DNA of 62,820 nt, filler included, from Atractiella rhizophila (lineage: Eukaryota), in the NCBI GenBank assembly GCA_021432655.1. It is 4 parts of 4 records of this genome, joined end to end, with 100 filler letters (N's around TTAATTAATTAA, not from the genome) between each part and the next. Parts side by side here need not be neighbours in the genome. Positions count along the whole stretch, not along the records: positions 40,822 to 60,860 come from MU271840.1; positions 60,961 to 62,820 come from MU271948.1; 2 more parts are not named here. One strand, given 5' to 3'. Under the pieces are notes generated by a model. It was given only the letters and a program-made list of their open reading frames with translations. It ran no database searches and was not told the DNA's origin. Both the position numbers and the translations under genes were made by a program. Below, in pieces: positions 49,931 through 62,820 of the stretch. Every line of letters starts with the position of its first letter. The first letter of the stretch is position 1.

Positions 49931-51156
49931 TTCTGCTTTATCTTCTTCCTCCGAACGGCGCCGTCGGATATGTTTGGAAGAGAATACTGTTTTCGAGGTT
50001 TCTAGCACCGAACAATGAATAGCGTCCATAGAGTGAAAAAACGGCTAGAAATGAGCTTTACCTTCGTCAGACCTTCATTTTCGCGTCTGGCCACGGAAAT
50101 GACACCACATTGCAGGAGATTAATCTACAGATTACATTGCTTACTGGCCCTGCGGCTCAATGCAGTTTTCCGAGTCAATCATATACATTAGATACGCCTA
50201 ACACAGTGAGCAAGTGGCATTGAAGCCATCTCCTGTGCACAGCGGCGTTTTTGGTCCTTATCCGCAGATATATATACTTGATATCTGAAATGTTCCGAAC
50301 TGCATTTTGCAGTTGTCTACGAGTAGACAATACAATAACGCTGCAGTGGGGTTCATGACAGAACCTCAGACAGCTGATTTGCGAAGGCATATATTTATGG
50401 TTTAATCGTGTGCATTCTCCACAGATGGGCTGCGTCAAGATCTCCTCATCTTCAAAGAGGTCTGAGGTACACCTCTGTTTTCTCTCATAGCATCCGATGC
50501 TTCACAGATGCTCACGTTGTAGCTAAACATCACAATAAATTATAGCGAAAAGAAATGTAAAATGTGTGCATAGTTATCAGCCTGAGAAAATAAATATGCA
50601 AGACCTTCAGGCGGAGCAACCAGCTGCCTCTCATCCACGGCATCCTCCGCCACCTCACCTTCCTCAACACAAAGATAGGCTGGTCTACGTAAGTTTACGT
50701 TCAAATCCCTGAAATCGCCTATGCAATTCGCCGCATCGATCCCATCTCCTCTCATCGATCCCAGATCAGTCTACGAACCTTGCCCACCTTTGGCCAATTA
50801 GCCGTCCACATAAAAGCACTCCTCTGCGCTGTCCGCTGTCCTGTGACCTGTACCTAACCATTCCTTGCCCCTGAGAGGCGACACCTGCCTAACAAGTCAA
50901 GGCATATCCATATCCAATCATAGTAGAAAGTGTTCGACGCACGTTCCGATCAATCTCACCGACGTATCCCGATCAGCAGGATCAGTTGGCGTCATTCACA
51001 AAAGACGACGAACGAGCGACGAAGACTTCTCTGCCTCTCCCAGCACCGTATATATACAGCTGTCCACTTAAACCAACCAACACGACTGGCCATCGCCTCA
51101 GATCAACATGTAGTTTCTCCAAATTCATTCTTCCTGAGACAGCTACTGACGCGACC

Positions 51157-54100
51157 ATGGGAAAGGCCATCAGTGTCCTTCCTCCCAGACCCAACATACC
51201 ATCAGCTGATCGAAGAAGAAGACGAAAATCTAGACCAAGAGTGGGAACCAGCAGCTGCAAATGTGCATCTTCCCACTTTGTCCGAGGTGCAGGGACAGAT
51301 AAAGGAGCTAGAGGACAGCGTGAATCGGAAGTGGGAGGCGGATAGGAAGCATAGAGGATTGGATGCGAGCCAGAAGAGGAGCTCTGGAAGAGTCATGTGA
51401 GTGAGCCTGTTTTTGACGTAATCTGTGAAAGAGGGTGGTGAACGAGCTTTCGAGTTGCTTGAAGATGGACCTGTTTTCTGGTTGTTCGCTATGAAGTATT
51501 GCATTTCACTTTATCGGTGGAATGATGTAGATCGAGACATCGAGGCAACGGCGCCGATGGCAAGTTGTCACTCCCACATCCGCAAGCCTTTATAATAGAC
51601 GCATTAAATAGATCTTGAGGTGACATATTCGCGGTCCTCTATGAGAAGGATCGACGCACACTTTGATGCTTAAAGATTTATTGGACATTCCGTTCAATGA
51701 TGGTTGGGATGTGTATTTTAAACGTTTCAATGTTGATTGGTTGCCAATGTAAAAGAATACTGACATGGAATAACACAGAGTCGTGATTCACACACTTCCT
51801 TACACATGCGTCCTGACGAACGAAACGGCCGCGGATCACTCCTCCCCCTCTCACGCCCATCATCCCGTCGACATCGTGACCTCCGACTCACCCGCTCGCC
51901 CCGCCCCACTACATGCGCACCCATCCCTCCTCACCTCTCCAGTCGCGGCCGTCAGCAGTGGTCCCACGCCCGTGTGGAAGCTTCTTCCGCGTCGCGGCCA
52001 CTCTGCTCTTCACAGTGGCATCGCTTCCCTCGCCAGCTCTGAGCGGGAGGTAACGCTCATTGCTTGGCCGGGGGATTTGCAGACCGCAGAAGGTGCTGGG
52101 GTACCGAGTAATGTGGAATTGGCAGGTGGGAGGGAGATACCGAAAAGTGAAGGCACTGGAGGACAGGGATTGGATATTGGTGAATTGACGGAGGAGGAGA
52201 AGGGATTGCTTGAGAAGGGATTGTGGGAACTTGGTGCACCTAATGAACAGGGGAAGGAAAGTGTGAGATGTGTTCCGGTTTGGCTACGCGATAGGACTTG
52301 GAGCGACTTTTATGATGGATTCTGCAAGAAGTTGGTTTTCAATTCCTCTACTGAGAGTTGGTTCTGATCAAATTTTGGAAGATATCTGTGGCCCACTTTT
52401 CATTATCTCTCCTTGAGCGATAGCCTCGATTGCAATGAGGAAGCTCGGTACTGGAAAGCTTATTACGAGGCGAACATGGCTTATGCGAAGCGAGTAGCAG
52501 AAACCTACAAGCCTGGCGACCTGGTTTGTCAAGTTCCTCTTCCTCCTTTCTTTCTTGTGCTCACTAGAGAGGTGGGATGACAGATCATGATCCATGACTA
52601 CCACTTACTCCTCGTTCCCAAACTAGTCCGCGACCTACTTGGGCAGGAAGTTCTCATCGAACTCTTCCTCCACTCACCCTTCCCCTCTTCCGAATTCTTT
52701 CGCTGCCTCCCCCGCCGGGAAGAGATCCTACAAGGCATGCTCGGCTCTAACCTGTGCTGTTTCCAGACGTACAGCTATGGACGACACTTCCTCTCGTCTT
52801 GCGTCAGAGTGTTAGGATACGAAGCTGCACAGGGTGGAGGCGTGGATGCGAAAGGGAGCATCACCCGGATCGGTAATTGTCCGATTGGGATTGATGCGGA
52901 GAAGATAGAGGAGGATTTGAAGAGTCCGGGTGTGAAACCGAAGTTGGACAGCTTGTTGAAACTCTATCAAGGGAAGAAGATCGTTGTAGGTAGGGATAAG
53001 TTGGACCCTACGAAAGGTGTCATTCCTAAGGTTTGTCTATCTCATCTCATGTTCTTGGGAAACGTGCTAAGATAGGTATTCAGCTTCAAGCGTTCGAACA
53101 CCTTCTGGCAGCTTATCCTCAATGGATTGGAAAGGTCGTCATGATCCAAGTCACCAGCCCTTCGCCCACCGACTCTCCTCATCTCCATCGCAAAATATCA
53201 GAGATGGTCGATCACATCAATGTTTGTCCTATTCATATCTCCGATCCCTCTTGTCCTCATAGGAATGACAGGGAACCTACGGGTCACTCCACTTCCAACC
53301 CTTACACCACTACCATCAAACGATTGAGAGGGACGAGTACTTTGCCCTCCTCTCCGCGGCTGATGTTGCCCTCATCACCGCTGTCCGGGACGGGATGAAC
53401 ACCACGAGGTGAGCTTGCCATCCCTTTCCCATTCCATCCGGCAGGTCTTCGTTGTAGATTTTGATTTGGTTGCATCGTCGGCCAGTATGGAATATACTGT
53501 TTGCCAGACAGAAAATAAGAATCCTCTCATCCTATCGGAATTTGTAGGCGTGGTCGGCTCGCTCAAGGCGGCGTTGAAGATAAATCCATGGGATCGAGGT
53601 GGCTGCGCGAAGGCTATCGATTACTGCTTAAATATGGACCCTGAGGAGAAGGCGCAACGACACGCGGTACGTCTTACTCACCTCTATATTTTTATGTGGT
53701 TGGTTGAAGGGCTTCGGTGGGCTTCTAGCAACTATTAAAGCGTGTTAAGAGCCAAACTGCTGCCGTTTGGGCCCATTCACTCGTCCTAAAACTCCTCGAG
53801 TGTGCCGAAGACATGCAGGCGTCGAAGGAGACACCGATGCTCGACGTGCCGGGTGTTTTGAAGAAGTATAAGGAGGCAGGAAAGCGGATGCTTCTATTTG
53901 ACTACGATGTAAGCCTATCTCATCTTGAAGCGCGCAGAACTAGACGTGCGTTTCATAGGGTACTCTTACCCCCATTGTCAAGGTTCCCTCCGCCGCCGTT
54001 CCTTCTCCCCGTCTTCTTGAGGCGCTAGAAAAGCTCACTGCCGACCCAAACAACATCGTGTACATCATCTCTGGGCGTGACGCCACCTTCCTCGACTTAC

Positions 54101-55129
54101 ACCTCGGTCATATTTCTAACCTTGGGCTGTCAGCAGAGCACGGATGCTTCATCAAACTTCCTGGTGAGAAGGAGTGGACGAATTTGACAGCAGATATCGA
54201 TATGGGATGGAAGCAGGATGTGGAGGAGATCTTCCGGTATTATGAGGCGAGGACGACGGGAAGTATGGTAGAGAAAAAAGCTAGTAGCGTCACTTTCCAC
54301 TATCGAAATGCCGATCCTGTCTTCGGTGACTTCCAAGGTCTGTTGTTTGACAACTCTGGATATATTGTGCTGACTATGGAAACAGCGAAGGAGTGCCAAG
54401 CTATGTTAGAGTCAATGCAAGATAGACTGCCGATTGATATCCTCGTTGTGAGTCGTTTCGCGGAAAACAGTTGCACGGACTGATAGGGTTGTTGCAGGGC
54501 AAGAAGAATGTTGAGGTTCGACCTGCTCATACAGACAAGGTGTGTCGCTTGAATGTTCGGAAGAATTGGATAATGATCTGGTATTAGGGAGAAATCGTAA
54601 AGCGATTGCTCTATCTGAATCCTGAGACGAACTTTGTCATTTGCGCCGGAGACGACAGGACAGGTCGGTCACCTTCTGCTGTGACATGCACAGACAGACT
54701 GATGTTTGCGCAGACGAAGACATGTTCCGAGCGATACTGGCCATCAAAAACAGTGCAGCTCCTGGAGAAAAACCCACAATCCAACCTCCGGCATCCGTCA
54801 CGATGTATCCTTCCTCCCAGCGCTCGTCCCGCCGCTCCTCGAAGCATGTCACTCCCGCACGGACGCCTACAAATTCCCAATCCAACTCGAGTGGTGGAAT
54901 TCTGAGCGAGCTCTCTTCCAAGCTGCCTACCTTAGCTAACGGCTCGACGCCCACAACAACCGACGAGGATGAAGATGGAGAAGTCGGTCCCATCAAGAGT
55001 GATTTGGAGGCAACTTCCACTTTTACAATCGCCATCGACCCGAAGATGGCACGAAACACGATTGCCGGATGGCATGTCGACACGCCTGAGGATCTGATCG
55101 ATATCCTCGCTTCCATGGCTGGTATTTAA
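51157..55129 (+). CDS. TPS2: Trehalose-6-phosphate synthase/phosphatase complex, phosphatase subunit (GT20 + HAD)
   Basis: Spliced SGRVIVVIHTLP, RRGHSAL, FYDGFCK..WPTFHY, IHDYHLLLVP, FLHSPFPSSEFFRCLP, VGRDKLD, RDGMNT, PLILSEF, HAD motif LFDYDGTLTP, IISGRD, LSAEHG, GKKNVEVRP and CAGDDRTDEDMF. Start inferred through introns at ~51173-51215 and 51397-51778. Confidence 0.94.
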
Positions 55130-55216
55130 GCAACGAAAGAACTTCAACGATATTGACGACTGGTCCCGACGTCTGCTCTGTTTGGATTGACTTATGGATA
55201 TGATTTGAGAAATTGT

Positions 55217-55355
55217 CTGTCAACTGTTCAACGTGTAGCGAAAAGGGATCAAGAAGGTTTAGCAATAGAAAGAGTATCTGAAAGGTTGGGTATTTGATGA
55301 CACAATAACAATATTCAAAACAGGCGGATTACTTTTATTTTCTCTGCGCAATGAA
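55217..55355 (+). repeat. ~140-bp direct repeat copy 1 (start of the tandem duplication unit)
   Basis: Near-identical to 57795-57934 (ctgttcaacgtgtagcgaaaagggatcaag..aatattcaaaacaggcggattacttttatttt). Confidence 0.92.
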
Positions 55356-56056
55356 TTCGTGAATCATCGCTTCTGTTTGTTGCGTTCCCTCTCTCATTCT
55401 CATTCTTGAATTTTAGCTACCTTGAGCTTGAGGCCTTGAGGCCTCAGATTGGCGCTCTGGTTTCACCTGATTGCTTCTCCTGCGCCGACCGGGCCACAAC
55501 CTGGATGGCGGGAAAGTGTTGGGAACCTTCACTCGGAGATGATGTGGTAGGGCTGTTGGTGAGAGTCAGAACTTGAAACAACTTGCTAAACTTGCCCAAA
55601 TGTAGGAGAATCTCTCCTTAACAGGTGTGCGTGGCGGCTTGTAGGGACTCAAATGATCGGATGAGAATTTGGCTGTAGATTGCGGCGTTACACACTGTCA
55701 AAACACGAATAAGAACGTGCAACGTTTGAGTAAATGAGCTATGGTTTTAATCATATCCGTTGGGCGGGACGGTCTTGTTATTCTTGTTGTTTGGGAGGTT
55801 CAGTTTGTGCGGCCCGTTGACTTGATTCAGCATACTACAGGATGTGAACGAATTTGTGAATTGTGTCGCAATCTTCTTGCAATATAGCAACGCCGCTTTG
55901 GTTATTGAGCAGGATTGGATAGCACAGCATTTCATTTGCCTTCGACGGATGAGCCGCACTGGAATGCTTGTCCCGCGGGGTCGCGCATAAAAAGGCTCCT
56001 CCCGTCCTTCTTCAGGCATAAGTACTTGTACCATTGACGAGTTGATCACATACAGT

Positions 56057-57694
56057 ATGCGTTTCTCCACAGCGCTTATTCTCTCTGTAGCGGTCGGGGC
56101 TTCTCAAGCAGGTCGAACAACAACCATTGAGAGGGATTATGTGATCATTGGTGGAGGCAGCTCTGGTTTGTCGAAAATCTTTAGCATGAGCAAAGCTCAC
56201 CAGTGCTGTTGGCCATGATTAGGGGTGTATTCGGCAATATACTTGAAGGACAAGGGAAAGTCTGTTGCGGTTGTGGAGGCGAAAGACATTCTTGGTTCGA
56301 TGTTCATTCTTTGCGACCCGTTAGTGTGCTGAAGTGAAAGCAGGGGGACACACAGAAACCTATGTTGACCCAGTCACCAGCAGTCCTATTAATCTAGCAG
56401 TAATCTATTTCCAGGTGCGCTCTTCCACACTCGTTAGATAGGTGCTTACACGAATGGACAGACCAATCAAGTAGCAAAAGATTATTTTGCTCGCCTTAAT
56501 ATCAGTACCATAACGCATGTCCCAGGATCTTCGCAGAATCCAACACAATACTACAACTACGCAACTGGCGAGAAAGTCTCGTACTCTCCCTCGCCGGATA
56601 CCGGTTCTGCACTCCAAGCATATGCTGCTCAACTAGTCAAGTACCCTTATCTCGAAACGGGCTTCAACCTCCCTTCTCCAGTTCCTGAAGATCTTCTGCT
56701 TAAGTTCGGTGATTTCGTTGACAAGTACCAACTCGGTCCAGCTGTTCGCACCATCTGGAACGTTGCTCAAGGCTTTGGCAACCTCTTAGAGCAACCTACG
56801 GTTTATGTGCTGAAGATCTTTGGTATGTCGAACGGCTAAACTTGGATTGATGGATGACTTGGAGTAGGTCTCGGAGTTCTTCAGTCTTTCACAGCTGGTT
56901 TTACTGTCGTTGCATCGGGAGACAACCACGAAATTTACGACAAAGCTGCAACAATACTTGGGAGCGACGCCTTTCTCTCTTCCAAGATCGCTTCAGTGAC
57001 GCGATCCAATAAAGGAGTCGAAGTCAAGTTCTCTGGCCCTAACGGCGAAACCAAAATCAAAGCTAGCAAGCTGATCCTCACTATTCCTCCAAAACTCGAA
57101 AACCTCAGAGCTTTCGATCTTTCCAACACTGAACGACAGTTATTCGGAAAATTCAGCAATTCAGTTTATTACGCTGGCACCGTGCGGCACAACGGTTCAC
57201 TCTCTTTTCCCATCGAAAACTACGACCCCGCCGCACAATTTGGTATTCCTGATGGACCTGGCATCTACAGTCTGTCTCCAACCGGGTGAGCCGACTTGTC
57301 AAAGAATACATCCTTGCTGATCACTCAGAGCAGGGTTCCAAACCTGACGAATGTCAAGTACGGGCTACCATCCTTCGTTCCACCCGAGGAAGTGGGGGCG
57401 GATATCATTCAGAGCATTGAAGGTCTCTCTTTGAACCCTGGAGAGGTGTCCTTGGCCGTGCTCAAGACGCATTATCCCTTCGAGCTCACAGTCAAGCCAG
57501 ATGACATCGCGAATGGATTTTACACGCAACTTTATAATTTGCAAGGTGAGTGTAGATCTCATCTTTCGTGGAGTGAAGTTCAACGTTGAGAAGGGACTGC
57601 CAACACCTATTATACCGGTGCAGCCTTCCATACCCACGACTCAGCCCAACTTTGGCAGTTCACCAAAACCCTGCTTGACGGCGTGGTAGTTTAA
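56057..57694 (+). CDS. Secreted FAD-dependent oxidoreductase (flavin amine oxidase-like), copy 1
   Basis: Signal peptide MRFSTALILSVAVGASQA; dinucleotide-binding [71 protein letters not shown]. Stop at 57692-57694. Confidence 0.9.
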
Positions 57695-57794
57695 GTAATG
57701 TGCAGCACTGGTGCCAGTATGACACTCGTTTACTATAAAGAGGGCAGTTGTACCTCAAATATCTGCAATTTCTTTGATGCTGAGCCAGTGGTAC

Positions 57795-57934
57795 CTGTCA
57801 GCTGTTCAACGTGTAGCGAAAAGGGATCAAGGAAGGTTTAGCAAAAGAAAGAATATCTGAAAGACTGGGTATTTGACGACACAAAGAGAATATTCAAAAC
57901 AGGCGGATTACTTTTATTTTCTGTGTGCAATGAA
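57795..57934 (+). repeat. ~140-bp direct repeat copy 2 (duplication junction)
   Basis: Near-identical to 55217-55355. Confidence 0.92.
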
Positions 57935-60162
57935 GGTTGTGGCTCATCCTTCAAGCCTTCACGTCTCGCTCTCTGCGTTCTTCAGATACCTTGAGACATG
58001 AGATAAGCAGTGCGATTCTTTCCTGGCACCTGGCCGAGGCATGCACGAGCATGGACCCTAGAGAGAATGCCCAACTCGAGTATTCACAACCGCCAGGTTT
58101 CAAGTTGCCTAAAGCTTGCGCGACCTCTGTGCGATTGTCAATGTAAGGATGACGATGACTATGATAACTGACGGGAAGAGAATGAATTCTAGAATTCGAC
58201 TTGGTGAGTCCATAATCGTAAGCTGGCTTCCTTCGGGACATGCATCCTGAATGTTCTGGGCGAATAAACCCTGTGGACAGTCCCAGGCCAGTTTTTGCAG
58301 ACACTGATTTTGAGCTGAAATAACATAGGAGAGGCAGGTAAATTTAAGATAAAACAGGGCAAAGGAGCGGCAGATCAGACTGCGTTTTACCAGTGAGTGA
58401 GCAGGTCCTTCACTAGAGAGTTGGTTATTGAAGCAACTTGTCATTCTCAGTGAATCTGCTGGACACATTGCAACCCCACCGTGACACTGATCTGCAACGG
58501 CAACCATCGTCCATGTCACTCAATCTGCCACGAGTACGCCATCCTCCTCGGCCCTGCGGCTTCTTTGTCACCACCAGATTGAGCGAGCTCTCCCATCACC
58601 TGATCGTGGCCCAAGAGGACAATCTCGCCTTTCCTCTCTAGACTACCAATAGGACGTGCTCGAATCCATATCGATGCCTAGCCCAGCTGGCCAAGTTTTG
58701 GTCGATCAAAAATTATTTCTGGTGTACCTCCACGGTGAGGGAGAAGCATGCGGATTGGGAAATGAATACGGAGGGACGGAGTCTTCCAACATGATTCTGC
58801 GAGCATGAATGGCCTGCTGCACTCGACTAATCGGAAGAAGGAAGTAGGAGGGGATAATGAGGTGGGTTCTCAACTCAAGGACGCTGTCAAACCTACTCGG
58901 AGAGAAAACCTGGTGCAGACTTCGTCCTTGCCATCTGCATTGCGGACCGCTGAAGGCTGCTAACTTGTTCTACCACCACCAATTTGCGCTCAAGGACCAA
59001 GCGTTCACATTTAAGTAGGCGGTTGGGCCAGGAGAATGTGGGGGGTTGGAGGAGAGGACGATGTTCATGGAGGTAACCAATGCGAGGTGTGTCCCTTTGA
59101 TTGTGACCTGTTACAGATCCTTCATGTTTACTTTACGCTGACACCATGTTTGCTTTAGCAGGTTCTAGAATAACATAAGGGATTCTGCATCTCAGTCCTT
59201 CCTCTCTCTCTTCTGCGCTCAGCGACATGAGCGACACGTCCTCCTAGAACCGTCACTTGTGCCATCGACCGACACAGCCTCCTACACACGCACTGACCCG
59301 ACAATCGAATTCTTCTCGATCTCCTTCTCCAGCCTATCAGGGAAAATATCCTCCAGCTGACTTAGTGCAGGGACCCACTGTAGCTTGTTTCGAGCGACCA
59401 GGTGGTGAACCATTTTGAGAAGAAAGAGAGGCATCTCCGTGATTCCCACGCGCCGCATTCACATGACCTCCCGCTTACGCGACAAGCAACGCTTGTGTTC
59501 TGCCTTATCGAGAGGCAGGACGTACCGGTTGGCAGAGACTGGCAAGAACTGGGCTGTATCTCAATGTCCGCAGAAATCGGCTCTGACTCTGTTCCAGATT
59601 CCTCTTTGTACGGTGAGTGTCAATGTCATTTCCTGCAATGGCTGGGAAAGCTCCGAATCTCTTCCGCGCCATTCGCCAGACATGAGTGCATGAGTTTGAT
59701 CAAAAGCCTTACAAATTCACCACCACTTCTAAGCAACCCCTTGGTTTCGTTCTCTGCTTGCTTGCTGAGTAGGCACTTGCAGCGGGAGATGAACATCTCA
59801 TTTAGGCCAGCTGCAGTCTTCACTGCGTTCGTTCGCGCCTGCACGGTGTTGTTACTCTTGTTGTTTGTGACGAGCAGTTCGTGCCGCCAATTGACTCACG
59901 TTTTAGGGCAGAAGGTAAGGGAGGTTGAGAACTGTGTCGCTATCTTTGTGCAAGGCAGCGACGCCACTTGGTCATTGAACAGGATGGGGCACCGAGATGG
60001 GTTATGGATAACACCGCACTTCATTTGCCTTTGATGGAAAAGTCGCACTATCGAAATGCTTGTGCGCTGGCGCCGGGTCTCGCATAAAAAGGCTCTTCCG
60101 ATTGTGCTTCAGGTATACTTCCATCTTTCTTTTGTACCAGTGACGAGTTCAACACATACAGT

Positions 60163-60860
60163 ATGCGTTTCTCCACAGCGCTCATTCTCTCTGTGGCGGT
60201 CGGGGCTTCTCAAGCAGGTCGAACAACAACCATTGAGAGGGATTATGTGATCATTGGTGGAGGCAGCACTGGTTTGTAGCGAATTTTCAACACGGAACAA
60301 GGCTCATTTTGCTTCTGATTATAGGGGTGTATTCGGCAATATACTTGAAGGACAAGGGAAAGTCTGTTGCGGTTGTAGAGGCAAAGGACATTCTTGGTTC
60401 GATGTTCGCTCTGTGTGGCTCTTCAGACAGTGTTGAAAGTGAAAGCAGGAGGACACACAGAGACCTATGTCGACCCAGTCACCAGTAGACCTATTAATCT
60501 AGCCGTAGTTGTTTTTCAAGTCCGCTCTTCCCCATTCTTGGGATAGATACTTACACCAAGACAACAGGCAAATCAAGTAGCAAAAGATTATTTTGCGCGC
60601 CTTAACATCAGTACCATAACGCAAGTCCCAGGATCTTCGCAGACTCCAACCCAGTACTACAACTACGCAACTGGAGAGCAAGCCTCGTACTCTCCCTCGC
60701 CTGATACTGGTACTGCACTCCAAGCATACGCCGCTCAACTAGCCAAGTACCCTTATCTCGAGACTGGCTTCAACCTCCCTTCTCCAGTTCCTGAAGATCT
60801 TCTGCTTAAGTTCGGTGATTTCGTTGACAAGTACCAACTCGGTCCAGCTGTTCGCACCAT
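60163..60860 (+). CDS. Secreted FAD-dependent oxidoreductase, copy 2 (3'-truncated by scaffold end)
   Basis: Same exon/intron structure as copy 1 and near-identical coding sequence, with no stops seen. Confidence 0.9.
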
Positions 60861-60960
60861 NNNNNNNNNNNNNNNNNNNNNNNNNNNNNNNNNNNNNNNN
60901 NNNNTTAATTAATTAANNNNNNNNNNNNNNNNNNNNNNNNNNNNNNNNNNNNNNNNNNNN
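60861..60960. other. Artificial scaffold-joining spacer
   Basis: 44 N + TTAATTAATTAA + 44 N. Confidence 0.97.
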
Positions 60961-62002
60961 CTTTGACGACAAGTATAGATCTCCTCTCGTCGGGCGGCCC
61001 TCAATGATCCTGTTTGCACTACATTACATTATGCTGTGAACGAGCTGAGGACCGGGGCGAGCACCCTTGGCAATTTCATCTCACGCAGCTGCTCAGCAGG
61101 ACAACCCTCATCAGAAGAAAGAGGAAGCGGAGATGAAAGAAAGAGAAGCAAATGGATCTCTTGGAGAGTTGATAGAAAGCTCTTCACTCCTATTTTCATA
61201 TAGGAAACAGCACCGTTCTGGACGCAAGCGTAGCACCTACCGCCGTGCGTCAAGTAGCAACGAATGTGTGACTGTCTGAACCGAACAAGTGGTGACTATT
61301 GAGCCGGCTGCAAAGGCTTCAACGACCTCCTGCTCACAACTTCACTCGCATTTATTCGAGAAATATTGTTGACGGAATGGTTCAGCTTCTCGCCGCTAAA
61401 AGAGCGAATGTATTCATCCATCTCTCTGCACACACACCAAGTGCAGCACAACACCACCGGTGGCTCTTTTAAATAAATTAATCATTCCCCATGTATTTCA
61501 TCTCTGCTGGAAAGATGTAATAAATGAAGATGGCCTGTTGTAGCGGATAGCAGCCATTTCTGTGCGCCTGGATGAGGAAAGCATTGCGGGAGCGGAACAG
61601 AGAAGGTGGAAGAACACTGCGAGTGACAAATTAAACATTAGATATTCGTCGTGCTCGTTATACGCAGTCCTCCCGGCAACAGTAGTTGATTAACCTTTGC
61701 CAGAAGAAAGAACGCACGCCTGTCGCTTCCTCAAACTTCGAATAGTCCGAAATCGGATTCATGACAGCATCACATAAGTCATTCTTTACTCCACCGCTGT
61801 CCAGATCCCCTGCCACTGCCGCTGCCAGATTCCAATGAGCCTTTGAATTTGAACACCATCAGTTTTTCTTCTGTTATATCCAAAAGCGGAACCTAATCCG
61901 GAAGCATTCCCCAGACGCCACTACGTCACATTATCTATCGCTGCTTTATCAATCTACATCTTCCACTCGCCAACAACGCTTCACCGCGAACCATAACAAG
62001 TT

Positions 62003-62820
62003 ATGACCCGCGAAACGTCGCCCAAGCCACTCAGCCGCGCTCGGGAGCTGCTCTCCAAAGCCGCGGCCCCGTTCACAGTCGTCCTTCCACCAAGGGCAGT
62101 ACCAACGCACGACGATCTTACCGCGGGCGACTATGAGACCACCCAGCCGAGTTTGCTCAGCCCGAGTAATCCAGCTTTTACGTATGAGCGCGGAGAGGGA
62201 CCGAATGGTGGCATATTGGTCAATCGGAGGAGGGTGAGGAGGAAAGGTGAGCTTTTTGTTGTCGGAAGAAGCTTCGAGGAGCAGAGGGGGGTTCATTCAG
62301 CCTAGTTGGGAAGGTTTGAGGGAGATCAGTGCATCGATCGTTGGTCTGTTTGACTGAGAGGATGGTTCCATCTTTTATTGTTGATGAAAGCAGAGTGAAG
62401 TTCATTTTGCATCAAACATTCCTTATTTCGCAGCTGCTATGGGAAAAGGGCTGGTAATTGTATCAAAAAGCTGATTCAACGCACAGATGGAAGGAGTTCA
62501 GCCTCCGAATCAGACGGCGCAATCTCCGAAGTCGACGTCCACTCGACGCCTCCCACCTCTCCCGCGGTCTCCACGACCTCCATCCCTTCCACCGGCGCAA
62601 CCAAACCAACTGTCCCTGGACCCGCTTCTCCCTCCGAAATGCCCACCAAACCCGCCACCGCAGATGCGCCTCCCACCTCTCCCACTCAGACCCCCACATC
62701 TCCAATCGCGACTGAAGGCCTATCTCCACGACGGAGCTCCACGATCCACTTCGCCCCTCTCCCCACCGGCAAACCCAAGAACCGCTCCAACAGCATCTCC
62801 CTCGGCGTCTCCGCGCGCGC
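62003..62820 (+). CDS. Hypothetical Ser/Thr/Pro-rich protein, runs off the window
   Basis: Exon MTRETSPK..RRVRRK joins in phase through GTGAGC..CGCACAG to DGRSSASESD..RRSSTIHFAPLPTGKPKNRSNSISLGVSAR, which stays open to the window end. Confidence 0.6.

Noticed and set aside
50930..51400. Stand-alone ORF upstream of TPS2
   Set aside because: Its 3' part splices in frame to give SGRVIVVIHTLP, so it is a TPS2 exon.
57935..59844. Insert between the flavoprotein copies as a transposon
   Set aside because: No TIR, LTR, TSD or transposase motif recognised; left as unidentified DNA.
1..62820. tRNA, rRNA, CRISPR array or TPP riboswitch
   Set aside because: No matching consensus or regularly spaced repeats seen by eye; a covariance-model search would be needed to exclude them fully.

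Overview
Intron-rich fungal DNA from a basidiomycete; Pucciniomycotina is my inference from the ~45-60 nt introns with GTGCGT/GTACGT/GTTCGT-type donors and from the gene content. The window is not one locus. Three identical 100-nt spacers (44 N + TTAATTAATTAA + 44 N) join four separate scaffolds (1-20336, 20437-40721, 40822-60860, 60961-62820), so adjacency across spacers means nothing. Recognisable genes: V-ATPase c subunit, MFS transporter, persulfide-dioxygenase-type metallo-beta-lactamase, endonuclease V, an intronless F-box protein, glutaryl-CoA dehydrogenase, a Cys-rich single-pass membrane protein, a TKL-like pseudokinase-ARM protein, Ssn6/Cyc8, partial Utp23, cysteine synthase, DUF1348, Tps2 and a tandemly duplicated secreted flavoprotein. 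There is also Ty3/Gypsy debris with LTRs and several pseudogene relics. The most interesting observations are (1) a head-to-head pair of unrecognised paralogs with mitochondrial-presequence-like N-termini and tandem degenerate RRM-like folds, (2) a ~3 kb relic with a CpA/TpG->TpA RIP-like signature, (3) a kinase lacking its catalytic residues fused to ARM repeats, and (4) a tandem duplication with a readable breakpoint. Exon boundaries were assembled by eye and no database searches were run.
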